From an uncultured Gammaproteobacteria bacterium (GTDB lineage: Bacteria; Patescibacteriota; Microgenomatia; Levybacterales; UBA12049), in the NCBI GenBank assembly GCA_964637955.1, contig CAZWXQ010000001.1, positions 223,447 through 287,446 on the forward strand: a DNA stretch of 64,000 nucleotides. The letters are read 5' to 3'. Below the pieces are notes generated by a model. That model worked only from the letters and a program-made list of their open reading frames with translations, was not told the DNA's origin and made no database searches. The translations under genes and the position numbers were made by a program. This document shows, in pieces, positions 8,887 to 18,283 of this stretch; position 1 is the stretch's first letter; each line of letters begins with the position of its first letter.

Positions 8887-8928
8887 GTTGGTCATCATTT
8901 CGGTTTAACTGATGAGCAGATGAAGTAA
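8887..8928 (+). repeat. direct repeat, copy 2: orphan copy of the zincin gene 3' end including the stop codon
   Basis: Encodes VGHHFGLTDEQMK* against the native IGHHFGLTDEQMK*. Lies just downstream of inserted ORF 8186-8878. Confidence 0.85.
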
Positions 8929-8929
8929 T

Positions 8930-9178
8930 TTAGATTGTTTCATCTGCTATTTCTTCGTATTCGGTTACAGTTTTTTTAACCCTGCCTCCTTTTGTGCCTA
9001 TTAATCCAGATATGTTGTTGTATCTGTCTGAATTGTTGTATTTAACAATAGCCCAGAAACCAAGAACCATAACTGCAATTATAACCACAGCCCAGAAAAA
9101 CTCCGTTGGAGTTATTCCCAAAGCAGTTGAAATAGAATCCGTTTGCGGAATAGTATTTACTGATTGTGCAAGTTTCAT
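8930..9178 (-). CDS. small membrane protein
   Basis: 82 aa with one central TM helix. Strong SD (AAGGAGGTG) 5 nt upstream on the minus strand. Confidence 0.45.
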   Translation of the reverse strand: MKLAQSVNTIPQTDSISTALGITPTEFFWAVVIIAVMVLGFWAIVKYNNSDRYNNISGLIGTKGGRVKKTVTEYEEIADETI

Positions 9179-9484
9179 AATTTCACCTCCTTAGAAATCT
9201 CTTAGTAAACGGAGTGAGCTTTAGAGTTTCTTATACTTAGATCAAAGATCTAAGTATCGAATCTTAATGAACACTCTAACTAAGGATATTAGATTTTCTC
9301 TTAAGTTCAAAACTTAAGAAGAACTGTGACTATATTAACTTTTTAACTGCTAAATGCAGCAAGAGTGAGGTAATAAATTGGTATGAAAAATGGAAAATTT
9401 ATGTCTATGAATAATTTCATACCCAGAGTAATACAACTATTCAAATTTAGTTATTCTGCAGTAAGGCTAACCCATTTTACCTAT

Positions 9485-9513
9485 TGACAGGCCTAGAGTT
9501 AGCATGATATAAA
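9485..9513 (+). promoter_or_regulatory. sigma70-like promoter upstream of rpoB (TTGACA-N17-TATAAA)
   Basis: TTGACA at 9485-9490, a 17-nt spacer, TATAAA at 9508-9513. Confidence 0.5.
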
Positions 9514-9554
9514 CGTATTACTTTAAGACAAAATTCCTTTTTAATTAAAGGGTT

Positions 9555-9578
9555 GATGCACCTGCGTGCATTTTTTTG
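9555..9578 (+). terminator. leader hairpin plus U-tract between the promoter and the rpoB start (putative attenuator)
   Basis: ATGCAC-ctgc-GTGCAT stem-loop followed by TTTTTTT, about 28 nt before the rpoB ATG. No upstream + strand gene for it to terminate. Confidence 0.5.
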
Positions 9579-9605
9579 TCGATATAAACTGCCCGCTATA
9601 ACTAA

Positions 9606-12600
9606 ATGCCGAAAGCTGATATTAAAGACAACAAGCAAATAGCACGAGAGGACTGGGGGAAAAAGTTTCCTGTACTTCCAGAACTTGATCTTTTGACCAT
9701 TCAGAAAGAATCATATGAATGGTTTGAAGAGCACGGAATTGGTGAAGTATTGCAAGAAATTTCTCCTATCGAGGATTTCACAGGTAAAAACTGGACTCTC
9801 ACTCTTAAAGATTACAGAATTGGTAAGGCTACGAATACGCCTCAACTGTGTTTAATTAAAGGCCTTACATTCGATGCTCCTCTTTACGCAAAAGCAACAC
9901 TCCTAAATAAAAAAACTGAAGCAGAAATAGATCAAGAAGTTTTCCTTGGAGATATTCCAAAGATGACAGAGCGAGGAACATTCATCGTTAATGGAATTGA
10001 AAGAGCAATCGTAAACCAGCTTGTTCGATCACCTGGAGTATTCTTTACAGCAACTCAGGACGTAGTTACAGGTCAAACTCTTTATACAGCTGAAATTAGA
10101 CCAGTTCATGGATCATGGCTCGAATTTACAACCACAAGATATGAAACAATTACTGTAAAGATTGATCGCAGAAGAAAGTTTTTAGCTTCAACTTTCCTTA
10201 GAGCTATTGGTGTTTCAGATAATGATTTAATAAGAGAAAAATTCAGAGATGTAGAAGCTGATGGCAAAACTAGTTATATAAATAATACTCTTACAAAGGA
10301 TGAAACAGGTTCACAAAATGAAGCTCTTATCGAAATCTTTAAAAAGATGCATCCAGGAGAACCAGTAGTTATTGATAAGGTTAAAGAAAATTTCTTTGGA
10401 ATGTTCTTTAACAATAGAAGATATGATCTCGGAGATGTCGGACGTTATAAAATTAACAAGAAATTAAAAGATATTCCTGGATTTAATCCAACTGAAGAGA
10501 GAATTCTTACTATTGAAGATATCATCGCTACCATCTCCTTCCTTATTGAGCTATCAAAAGGTAGAGACGGCGTTGATGATATTGATTCACTAGCAAACAG
10601 AAGAGTTCGAAGAGTTGGAGAATTAGTTGCTTCTACTGCATTCAGAGTTGGAGTGCTTAGGCTTGAAAGAAGTATTAAGGAAAGAATGTCACTTATTACT
10701 CCAGAAGTTCCTGTCACAGTCGCAGGACTTATTAATGCCAGACCTATTATGGCCTCAATTAATGAATTCTTCAGAACCTCTCAGCTCTCAACCATCCTCG
10801 ATCAAACAAATCCACTTTCAGAAATTGATAATCTTAACCGCTTAACTGTGATGGGAACAGGTGGAATTAGTCGAGAAAGAGCAGCATTCTCTATTCGTGA
10901 TATTAACTCCAGTCAGTACGGTAGGATTTGTCCTATCAGAAGTCCCGAGGGTCCAAACATTGGTTTGGTTACATATTTAGCTTTATATACCAAAGTAAAT
11001 AAGTATGGATTCTTGGAATCTCCATATAGAAAAGTTGAGCACAATGGTAAGGTTTCAAGAGCAACTGATCAAATTGAATATATGGCTGCAGATGATGAGC
11101 GCGAGCATTATGTAACTCATTCTGGAGTATTAAATGACGATCAAACAATAACTCATGAAAGAGTTCCTGCTAGATATAAGGGTGAATTTATTGAGATTGA
11201 TAAAGAAAAGATTGAATATATCGATGTTGTTCCTCGACAAGTTGTAGGAACAGCAGCATCTCTTATTCCTTTTGTTTCGCATGATGAAGCAAATAGAGCG
11301 CTCATGGGAACTCATATGCAGAGTCAGGCAGTTCCACTTGTGCAGCCACATTCTCCTATTGTTGGAACTGGTATGGAAAAAACAGTCTCACAGGTTATGG
11401 GAAGAGTATTTTATGCACCTGAAGATGGAGAGATTGAATATGCAGATGGAGATAGAGTAGATTTCGTAGGAAAAAGTGGAAAAGTTTCATATAAAGTAGA
11501 TTCATTCCAAAGAACTTCTCAAGCTACTGCATACACTCAAAGAACAATGGTAGAGAGTGGACAAAAAGTTAAAAAAGGAGACCTTCTCGTTGATGGTCCT
11601 TCATCTGAAAATGGTGAATTAGCACTTGGACAAAATTTACTTATCGCATATGCATCATATGATGGACTTGGATACGAAGACGCTATCGTTATTTCAGATA
11701 AATTAGTAAAAAAAGATGTTTTATCTTCAATTCATATTGAAAAATATGAAGCAGCAGTTGTTGAAACTAAATTAGGACCTGAAGAAACAACAAGAGACAT
11801 TCCAAATGTAGGAGAAGATCAGCTTTTGAACTTAGATGAAGACGGAATCGTAGTAGTTTCATCTGAAGTTGGACCTGGAGATATTCTTGTTGGAAAGATT
11901 GCACCAAAGGGTGAAACTGAACTTACTGCAGAAGAAAGACTTCTTCGCGCTATTTTCGGAGAGCAAGCAAGGGAAGTTAGGGATACATCGCTTAGAATGC
12001 CAAATGGAGAAAGAGGAACAGTTATTTCAGTTCAAATTCTTGATCGCAAAAAAGGTGATGAGCTAGAGCCAGGATGTTTGCGCAAAATTATCGTTGAAGT
12101 AGCGCAGTTCAGACATGTTGTAGTAGGAGATAAGCTCGCTGGAAGACATGGAAACAAAGGAGTTATTTCTAGAATCGTTCCAGAAGTTGACATGCCATAT
12201 CTCGAAGATGGAACTCCAGTTGATATTATCATTTCACCTATTTCAGTACTTGCTCGTATGAACCTTGGTCAGCTTCTTGAAGCTCATCTTGGTTGGGCAG
12301 CGCTAACTCAGAATAAAAAAGTAGGAGTCCCAGTATTCGAAGAAGTTCATGAATCAAACATTGTAAATGAGCTTAAGAGTGCAGGACTTCCTGAAAATGG
12401 AAAAACCAAGCTTTATGATGCTAGAACTGGAGAACTTTATGAGAACTCAGTTGTGGTTGGAGTAAGTTACATAATGAAGCTTATACACATGGTTGAGGAT
12501 AAGACTCATGCAAGAAGTACAGGACCATATTCATTAGTTACTCAGCAGCCACTCGGTGGAAAAGCACAAATGGGAGGCCAGCGTCTTGGGGAGATGGAGG

Positions 12601-13016
12601 TTTGGGCATTAGAATCTCACAGAGCACGTTATACTCTTCAGGAAATGTTAACAATTAAATCAGATGATGTAGTAGGTCGTGCAAAAGCTTTTGAGGCTAT
12701 TGTTAAGGGAACAAGTATCCCAACGCCAAAAGTTCCTGAGTCATTTAAGGTTCTTATTAAAGAATTACAAGCTCTGGGTTTAAATGTTGTACCAATGGGT
12801 GCTACAATTACACCTGAACCTACGATGGTTGAGCCACTAGCGGATGCAAAAATTGATGAAAAAGTAGAACAAGATGCAAAAGAAATGGAGCAAGAGCTAG
12901 GTGGAGAATCAAATGAAATGACAAATGAAGGCGGAGTTGAAGATGTTCCATCTCCAGAAGATTTGAAAGATGAAACATTAGACGAAGCAGAGGAGGCATT
13001 AAATGGACAAGAATAA
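9606..13016 (+). CDS. rpoB: DNA-directed RNA polymerase subunit beta
   Basis: 1136 aa with conserved beta-subunit blocks throughout (e.g. GDKLAGRHGNKGVIS, rifampicin-region motifs). Confidence 0.97.
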   Translation: MPKADIKDNKQIAREDWGKKFPVLPELDLLTIQKESYEWFEEHGIGEVLQEISPIEDFTGKNWTLTLKDYRIGKATNTPQLCLIKGLTFDAPLYAKATLLNKKTEAEIDQEVFLGDIPKMTERGTFIVNGIERAIVNQLVRSPGVFFTATQDVVTGQTLYTAEIRPVHGSWLEFTTTRYETITVKIDRRRKFLASTFLRAIGVSDNDLIREKFRDVEADGKTSYINNTLTKDETGSQNEALIEIFKKMHPGEPVVIDKVKENFFGMFFNNRRYDLGDVGRYKINKKLKDIPGFNPTEERILTIEDIIATISFLIELSKGRDGVDDIDSLANRRVRRVGELVASTAFRVGVLRLERSIKERMSLITPEVPVTVAGLINARPIMASINEFFRTSQLSTILDQTNPLSEIDNLNRLTVMGTGGISRERAAFSIRDINSSQYGRICPIRSPEGPNIGLVTYLALYTKVNKYGFLESPYRKVEHNGKVSRATDQIEYMAADDEREHYVTHSGVLNDDQTITHERVPARYKGEFIEIDKEKIEYIDVVPRQVVGTAASLIPFVSHDEANRALMGTHMQSQAVPLVQPHSPIVGTGMEKTVSQVMGRVFYAPEDGEIEYADGDRVDFVGKSGKVSYKVDSFQRTSQATAYTQRTMVESGQKVKKGDLLVDGPSSENGELALGQNLLIAYASYDGLGYEDAIVISDKLVKKDVLSSIHIEKYEAAVVETKLGPEETTRDIPNVGEDQLLNLDEDGIVVVSSEVGPGDILVGKIAPKGETELTAEERLLRAIFGEQAREVRDTSLRMPNGERGTVISVQILDRKKGDELEPGCLRKIIVEVAQFRHVVVGDKLAGRHGNKGVISRIVPEVDMPYLEDGTPVDIIISPISVLARMNLGQLLEAHLGWAALTQNKKVGVPVFEEVHESNIVNELKSAGLPENGKTKLYDARTGELYENSVVVGVSYIMKLIHMVEDKTHARSTGPYSLVTQQPLGGKAQMGGQRLGEMEVWALESHRARYTLQEMLTIKSDDVVGRAKAFEAIVKGTSIPTPKVPESFKVLIKELQALGLNVVPMGATITPEPTMVEPLADAKIDEKVEQDAKEMEQELGGESNEMTNEGGVEDVPSPEDLKDETLDEAEEALNGQE

Positions 13017-16000
13017 AAAAATGAAAGATATTAGTATATTGGATTTCCAAAGTCTTAAGATTTTATTGGCTGGAGAAAAAGATATTTTAGAGTGGAGTTA
13101 TGGCGAGGTTACAAAGCCTGAGACTATTAACTACAGAACTCTTAGACCAGAAAAAGATGGACTTTTCGACGAAAGAATATTTGGTCCTACAAAGGATTGG
13201 GAATGTTATTGTGGAAAATATAAGAGAATCCGCTACAGAGGAATAATCTGCGATAAATGTGGAGTAGAAGTTACACTTTCTCGTGTTAGACGTGAAAGAA
13301 TGGGTCATATTGAGCTCGCAGCACCAGTTGCACACGTTTGGTACTTCAAGGGTTCAAGTTCATCTTTGTCTTTAATCTTAGACATGAGTCAAAAAGACCT
13401 CGAATCTGTAATTTATTATGCATCTTATTTAGTTACCGGAATTGAAGATGATAAGAAAAAGAAAGCTATTGAAGACTTTGCAGTAAATATTGAAGATAGA
13501 AAAAATAAGCTTAAGAAGGATTCTGAAACTGAAGAAGCAGACATTAATAATGAAATTGACGAAAAGTTAAAGGAAGCAGCAAAAGCAAATGAAGAACAAA
13601 AGGGACTCATGGAACAGGAATTAGAGCTTCAAAGAAAACAAAGATTAGCTAGAATTTCAGATAGAGTAGCCGCTGAAAGTAAGAAAATTGATGAAATTTC
13701 TGATGCTCTTATGACTCTCGTTAAGTCATTAAAGCCAGGTTCAGTTCTTTCTGAAGATGAATACTTTAAAGTTTTAGAATATGATATCCCAGTTTTCTTC
13801 ACATTTAAGACTGGCGCAGAAGGACTTCTAGAGTTAATTCAAAAAGTAAATATTGACGATTTAATCGTTGATTTAAGAAAAGAAGTAGAAAAATCTAAAG
13901 GACAGAAATATCTAAAACTCATTAAGCGCTTGAGATTACTTGAAGTTATAAGAAAAGCTGGAGTTGCTCCAAAAGACATGGTTTATAAAGCTCTCCCAGT
14001 TATTCCACCAGATCTTAGACCTATGGTTCAGTTATCAGGAGGAAGATTTGCGACTTCAGATTTGAACGATTTGTATCGACGCGTAATTAATAGAAATAAT
14101 CGCTTGAAGCATTTGATGTCTCTTGGTGCTCCTGAAATCATTCTTAGAAATGAAAAAAGAATGCTTCAAGAATCAGTTGATTCACTTATTGACGCATCTC
14201 AGCGTGGAACACAAGTAGTTGCTTCACCGTTAAGATCACTTTCAGATATGCTTAGAGGAAAACAAGGTAGATTTAGGCAGAATCTTCTTGGAAAAAGAGT
14301 TGATTATTCAGGAAGGTCAGTTATCGTTGTAGGACCTGATTTGAAATTATCTGAGTGCGGACTTCCAAAAGAGATGGCGCTTGAAATGTTTAAGCCATTT
14401 GTTCTCCGTGAAGTAATTGTTCGTGGATTTGCTCCAAACATTAAGTCAGCAAAAAGATTTATTGAGAAGAGACCACCAGAGGTTTTTGATATTCTTGAAG
14501 AAATCACAAAAAATCATCCAGTTCTTCTTAACCGCGCTCCTACCTTGCATAAGTTAGGTATTCAAGCTTTCTATCCAAAGCTTATCGAAGGAGCTGCGAT
14601 CCAATTACATCCTTGTGTTTGTAAAGGTTATAATGCGGATTTTGATGGAGATCAGATGGCTGTTCATATTCCTTTGTCAGATAATGCACAAAAAGAAGCT
14701 ATTGAGCTCATGCTTCCGCGCGAAAATCTCTTAAAGCCTGCTGATGGAGCTCCAATCACGCTTCCAGATAAGGAAATGGCAATCGGAATTTTTTATCTCA
14801 CAACTATGGATGAAGCCTTGAGGCTTAGTGAAGAGGATCAAAAATATTTCAGCAATATAAATGATGCATTGCTCGGATATTCAATGAAAATAGTTGATCT
14901 CAGAGAGCCAATTAAAGTAAAAATTGCTGATGAAGTTTTAGAAACAACTATTGGCAGACTCATGCTTAATGAGCATTTGCCAGAGAAGCTTGGTTTCATT
15001 AATGAACCTATAAAAGCATCTGGAATTAAGAAGCTCGTAACTCGCGCAATGGGTGTTGCAAATTCACTAGAGGTTGAAGAGCTTATCGATAGAGTAAAAA
15101 CTCTTGGATTCTACGGCTCAACAGTTTCAGGAATCTCAGTTTCTGTTTTTGATACAGCGCTCGTTGCCGAAAAGCAGGAAATTATTGACGGCGCAGAAGG
15201 AAAAATTAGCGAAATCGATACCGAATATCAAAAAGGTTTAATCACAAACGAAGAGAGAAAAAGACTTTCAAATGATGTTTGGCTTAAAACTACAGAAAAA
15301 ATCGCTGATATGACTTGGGATCTTCTAACTCCAGGAAATGTGATTAGAACTATTATCGATTCTGAAGGAGCTCGTGCAGGAAAAGAACAGCTCAAGCAAC
15401 TTTCTGCTATGAGAGGTCTTATTCTTGATCCGCTTGGAAAGATCGTAGAACTTCCTATTAAATCTAATTTCCGTGAAGGTTTATCTATTTTTGAATACGT
15501 AGCTTCAGCTAGAGGATCTAGAAAAGGTTTGACTGACTCAGCACTTAAGACAGCAAACGCAGGATATTTGACTAGAAGACTAGTAGATGTTTCTCATGAC
15601 ATGATCGTGCGCGAAGAAGATTGTGGAACTAAAAAAGGAGTAACTGTAGTAGCAGTAGATCCTGAAAGAACAGCATCATTTGCAGATAGATTGGTAGGAA
15701 GAACAGCAGTAGAGGCGATAATTGGAAAAGATAAGAAGACTATCGTAAAAGCTAATGAAGAGATTTCAGAAGAGCAAGCACTTGAGATCGTTAGAAATGA
15801 TATTGAAGAAGCAGTAGTTAGATCAGCAATCACTTGTGAACTCAGATATGGAATTTGTGCAGCATGTTATGGCTGGGATTTCTCAGTAAAGAGAAGAGTT
15901 GCTCTTGGAGTACCAGTAGGAGTTGTTGCAGCGCAATCGATTGGAGAGCCTGGAACTCAGCTTACCATGCGTGTTAGACATTTCGGAGGAGTTGTTATGA

Positions 16001-16785
16001 GTGACGTGACTCAAGGTTTGCCACGTGTTGAAGAATTATTCGAAATGAGAACACCTAAAGCCCTTTCACCAATCGCAGAGCTTACAGGAAAACTTACTAT
16101 TGAAACAAATGAAGATGGATATCTTCTTAAAGTTACAACTCATAGAAAGCCTGCAGAAGAAAGAGAATATTTTGTTCCACTAGCTTCAAACTTAAACGTA
16201 GAAGATGGTCAGGAAGTTAAAATGGGAACTCAATTTGCACAGGGATACTTAGATCCTAAAGAAGTTCTTAAGATTACAGGACTCTTTGATGCACAGAAGT
16301 ATGTAATAACAGAAGCTCAAAAGGTTTATGAATCACAGGGAATCCCAATTAATGATAAGCATTTTGAAGTAATTCTTAGAAAAATGAGTGATAAAGTAGT
16401 AGTCGAAACAGTTGGAGATACTACGCTCATTCCTGGAGACTTTATTACAAGAACCAGATTTGAGGAAATGAATGCTGAGATTCTAAGTCAGGGTGGAGAG
16501 CCAGCAACTGCAAGACAAACTATTCTTGGAGTAACTAAATCATCTCTATTCTCAGATTCATGGCTTTCAGCTGCATCATTCCAGGAAACAACAAAAGTTC
16601 TCACTGAAGCATCTCTTGAAGGCGCAGAAGACAAGCTTATCGGACTCAAAGAAAATGTTATTATTGGACGACTTATTCCAGTTGCAGGAATTGAACCTGT
16701 TGAAGAAGCAAACAATTTTGTGGAAGTTTCTGCCCCTGCTACACAAGAATCGCCAGTTGAAGCACCAGCTTCAGATGCGGTATAA
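13003..16785 (+). CDS. rpoC: DNA-directed RNA polymerase subunit beta'
   Basis: 1260 aa with the NADFDGDQMAVH catalytic motif and an N-terminal zinc-binding region. Overlaps rpoB by 14 nt. Confidence 0.97.
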   Translation: MDKNKKMKDISILDFQSLKILLAGEKDILEWSYGEVTKPETINYRTLRPEKDGLFDERIFGPTKDWECYCGKYKRIRYRGIICDKCGVEVTLSRVRRERMGHIELAAPVAHVWYFKGSSSSLSLILDMSQKDLESVIYYASYLVTGIEDDKKKKAIEDFAVNIEDRKNKLKKDSETEEADINNEIDEKLKEAAKANEEQKGLMEQELELQRKQRLARISDRVAAESKKIDEISDALMTLVKSLKPGSVLSEDEYFKVLEYDIPVFFTFKTGAEGLLELIQKVNIDDLIVDLRKEVEKSKGQKYLKLIKRLRLLEVIRKAGVAPKDMVYKALPVIPPDLRPMVQLSGGRFATSDLNDLYRRVINRNNRLKHLMSLGAPEIILRNEKRMLQESVDSLIDASQRGTQVVASPLRSLSDMLRGKQGRFRQNLLGKRVDYSGRSVIVVGPDLKLSECGLPKEMALEMFKPFVLREVIVRGFAPNIKSAKRFIEKRPPEVFDILEEITKNHPVLLNRAPTLHKLGIQAFYPKLIEGAAIQLHPCVCKGYNADFDGDQMAVHIPLSDNAQKEAIELMLPRENLLKPADGAPITLPDKEMAIGIFYLTTMDEALRLSEEDQKYFSNINDALLGYSMKIVDLREPIKVKIADEVLETTIGRLMLNEHLPEKLGFINEPIKASGIKKLVTRAMGVANSLEVEELIDRVKTLGFYGSTVSGISVSVFDTALVAEKQEIIDGAEGKISEIDTEYQKGLITNEERKRLSNDVWLKTTEKIADMTWDLLTPGNVIRTIIDSEGARAGKEQLKQLSAMRGLILDPLGKIVELPIKSNFREGLSIFEYVASARGSRKGLTDSALKTANAGYLTRRLVDVSHDMIVREEDCGTKKGVTVVAVDPERTASFADRLVGRTAVEAIIGKDKKTIVKANEEISEEQALEIVRNDIEEAVVRSAITCELRYGICAACYGWDFSVKRRVALGVPVGVVAAQSIGEPGTQLTMRVRHFGGVVMSDVTQGLPRVEELFEMRTPKALSPIAELTGKLTIETNEDGYLLKVTTHRKPAEEREYFVPLASNLNVEDGQEVKMGTQFAQGYLDPKEVLKITGLFDAQKYVITEAQKVYESQGIPINDKHFEVILRKMSDKVVVETVGDTTLIPGDFITRTRFEEMNAEILSQGGEPATARQTILGVTKSSLFSDSWLSAASFQETTKVLTEASLEGAEDKLIGLKENVIIGRLIPVAGIEPVEEANNFVEVSAPATQESPVEAPASDAV

Positions 16786-16836
16786 TACCTATTCAGTAAC
16801 TAGTCATTAGAAGCTAGTTGCTGCTAACTAAAGAAT

Positions 16837-17271
16837 ATGCCAACATTATCACAATTAACAAAAAAGGGTAGAACAAAGAAAATAAAGAAGGTTAGAGTAA
16901 CTGGTCTTAGGAAAGCTTACAATGCTAAGGACAGAATCTATACTGAATATAATTCTCCTCAAAAAAGAGGCGTAGTGACGTTGGTTAAAACAATGACTCC
17001 TAGAAAGCCTAATTCAGCACTTAGAAAAGTAGCTCGTGTTAAGCTCTCAAATAGAACTGAGGTTACAGCATATATCATGGGAGAAGGTCATTCTCTTTCT
17101 GAGCACGGAATCGTTTTAGTTAGAGGTGGAAGAACAAAAGATTTGGCAGGAGTAAAATATCACATAGTTCGAGGAAAATTCGATCTCGCAGGAGTTGAAG
17201 GTAGAAAATCGAGTAGAAGTAAATATGGAGCAAAGAAAGGACAAGGAGGAGCTAAAGCTGCTGCAGCCTAA
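16837..17271 (+). CDS. rpsL: 30S ribosomal protein S12 (with a C-terminal Lys/Ala/Gly extension)
   Basis: [15 protein letters not shown]...VRGG motifs. About 20 aa of extra C-terminal tail. Confidence 0.95.
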   Translation: MPTLSQLTKKGRTKKIKKVRVTGLRKAYNAKDRIYTEYNSPQKRGVVTLVKTMTPRKPNSALRKVARVKLSNRTEVTAYIMGEGHSLSEHGIVLVRGGRTKDLAGVKYHIVRGKFDLAGVEGRKSSRSKYGAKKGQGGAKAAAA

Positions 17272-17277
17272 TAATAT

Positions 17278-17751
17278 ATGAGACATTCTAAAGTAAGTAA
17301 AAGAAGAGACATACAAGAAGATGCAGTTTATAATAGTATTATAGTCAGTAAGCTCATAAATAATATTATGCGAGATGGTAAAAAAACCGTTGCTGCAAAT
17401 GTAGTTTATGACACTTTTGATATCTTGGCTAAAAAAGAAGACCCTCTTTCTCTTTTTGAAAAAGCTATTCAGAATGTAGGACCTAAGACTGAAATTAAGG
17501 CTAGAAGAGTAGGTGGAGCATCCTATCAAATCCCTATCGAAGTAAGAGGAGAAAGAAGAACTGCGCTAGCTTTAAGATGGATTATTGAGGCATCTCGTGC
17601 AAAATCAAACAAAGATTTCCATACTTTTCCAGAAAAACTCGCCGATGAAATCATGTCAGCATCAAATAATGAAGGAGCAGCTATTAAAAAGAGAGATAAT
17701 GTACATAGAATGGCAGACGCAAACAAAGCTTTCTCTCACTTCAGAATATAA
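17278..17751 (+). CDS. rpsG: 30S ribosomal protein S7
   Basis: ASYQIPIEVRGERRTALALRWII motif. Its last 42 bp are duplicated at 18196-18238. Confidence 0.95.
   Translation: MRHSKVSKRRDIQEDAVYNSIIVSKLINNIMRDGKKTVAANVVYDTFDILAKKEDPLSLFEKAIQNVGPKTEIKARRVGGASYQIPIEVRGERRTALALRWIIEASRAKSNKDFHTFPEKLADEIMSASNNEGAAIKKRDNVHRMADANKAFSHFRI
17710..17751 (+). repeat. direct repeat, copy 1: native 3' end of rpsG
   Basis: Matches 18196-18238 with only synonymous differences; both copies encode (M/L)ADANKAFSHFRI*. Confidence 0.85.
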
Positions 17752-17770
17752 TTCTCCCACCCGTTTAATT

Positions 17771-18136
17771 ATGGATCGTTTAGAAGATAGAAATCGAGCC
17801 TCTGAAATAGAATTTAAGAAAAGATCTCATTTTGCTCTTGTTAAGACTACTCTAGTCGCAGTCAAAAGTATGGAGGGTTTTGAAGGGTCTGCAAATATGA
17901 AAGATGCAGTGTTAAAGAGGGCATTATATTATGCTACTTTAGCTTTGCCTTCTCATGTTTCATATCTTGATTTAGGGGATGGAGCTGTGTTTGAAAGAAC
18001 ACCAGATCAGCTGAAAAATATTCCTGAAGAACAACGACAAGGATGGGATTTAAAAAAACTTGATTTGTATGCTGCGGAATTGGCTCAAAGTTTAAATATG
18101 GATTGGACGCCATTTTATCCATCAAATCTTAATTAA
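17771..18136 (+). CDS. hypothetical protein inside the insertion between rpsG and its orphan 3'-end copy
   Basis: 121 aa starting at the first ATG after the rpsG stop. The 17585 start in the ORF track overlaps rpsG out of frame and is rejected. Confidence 0.4.
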   Translation: MDRLEDRNRASEIEFKKRSHFALVKTTLVAVKSMEGFEGSANMKDAVLKRALYYATLALPSHVSYLDLGDGAVFERTPDQLKNIPEEQRQGWDLKKLDLYAAELAQSLNMDWTPFYPSNLN

Positions 18137-18195
18137 GAATTATTAAAAATCTAAAGTATTTAATTAGGTAAATAATAGACTGAAAATAATCGTAA

Positions 18196-18238
18196 ATTGG
18201 CAGACGCTAACAAGGCCTTCTCCCACTTCAGAATCTAA
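18196..18238 (+). repeat. direct repeat, copy 2: orphan synonymous copy of the rpsG 3' end including the stop codon
   Basis: Encodes LADANKAFSHFRI* with 6 synonymous substitutions relative to 17710-17751. Confidence 0.85.
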
Positions 18239-18283
18239 GTTTGACTTTTGTTCAATATCTTTTCTCGTTTAAGTTAATTTCAA

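Noticed and set aside
17585-18136. 183-aa ORF in the ORF track starting inside rpsG
   Set aside because: Its 5' third overlaps rpsG in a different frame. The first ATG after the rpsG stop (17771), with a TATAAT upstream, gives a cleaner 121-aa gene.
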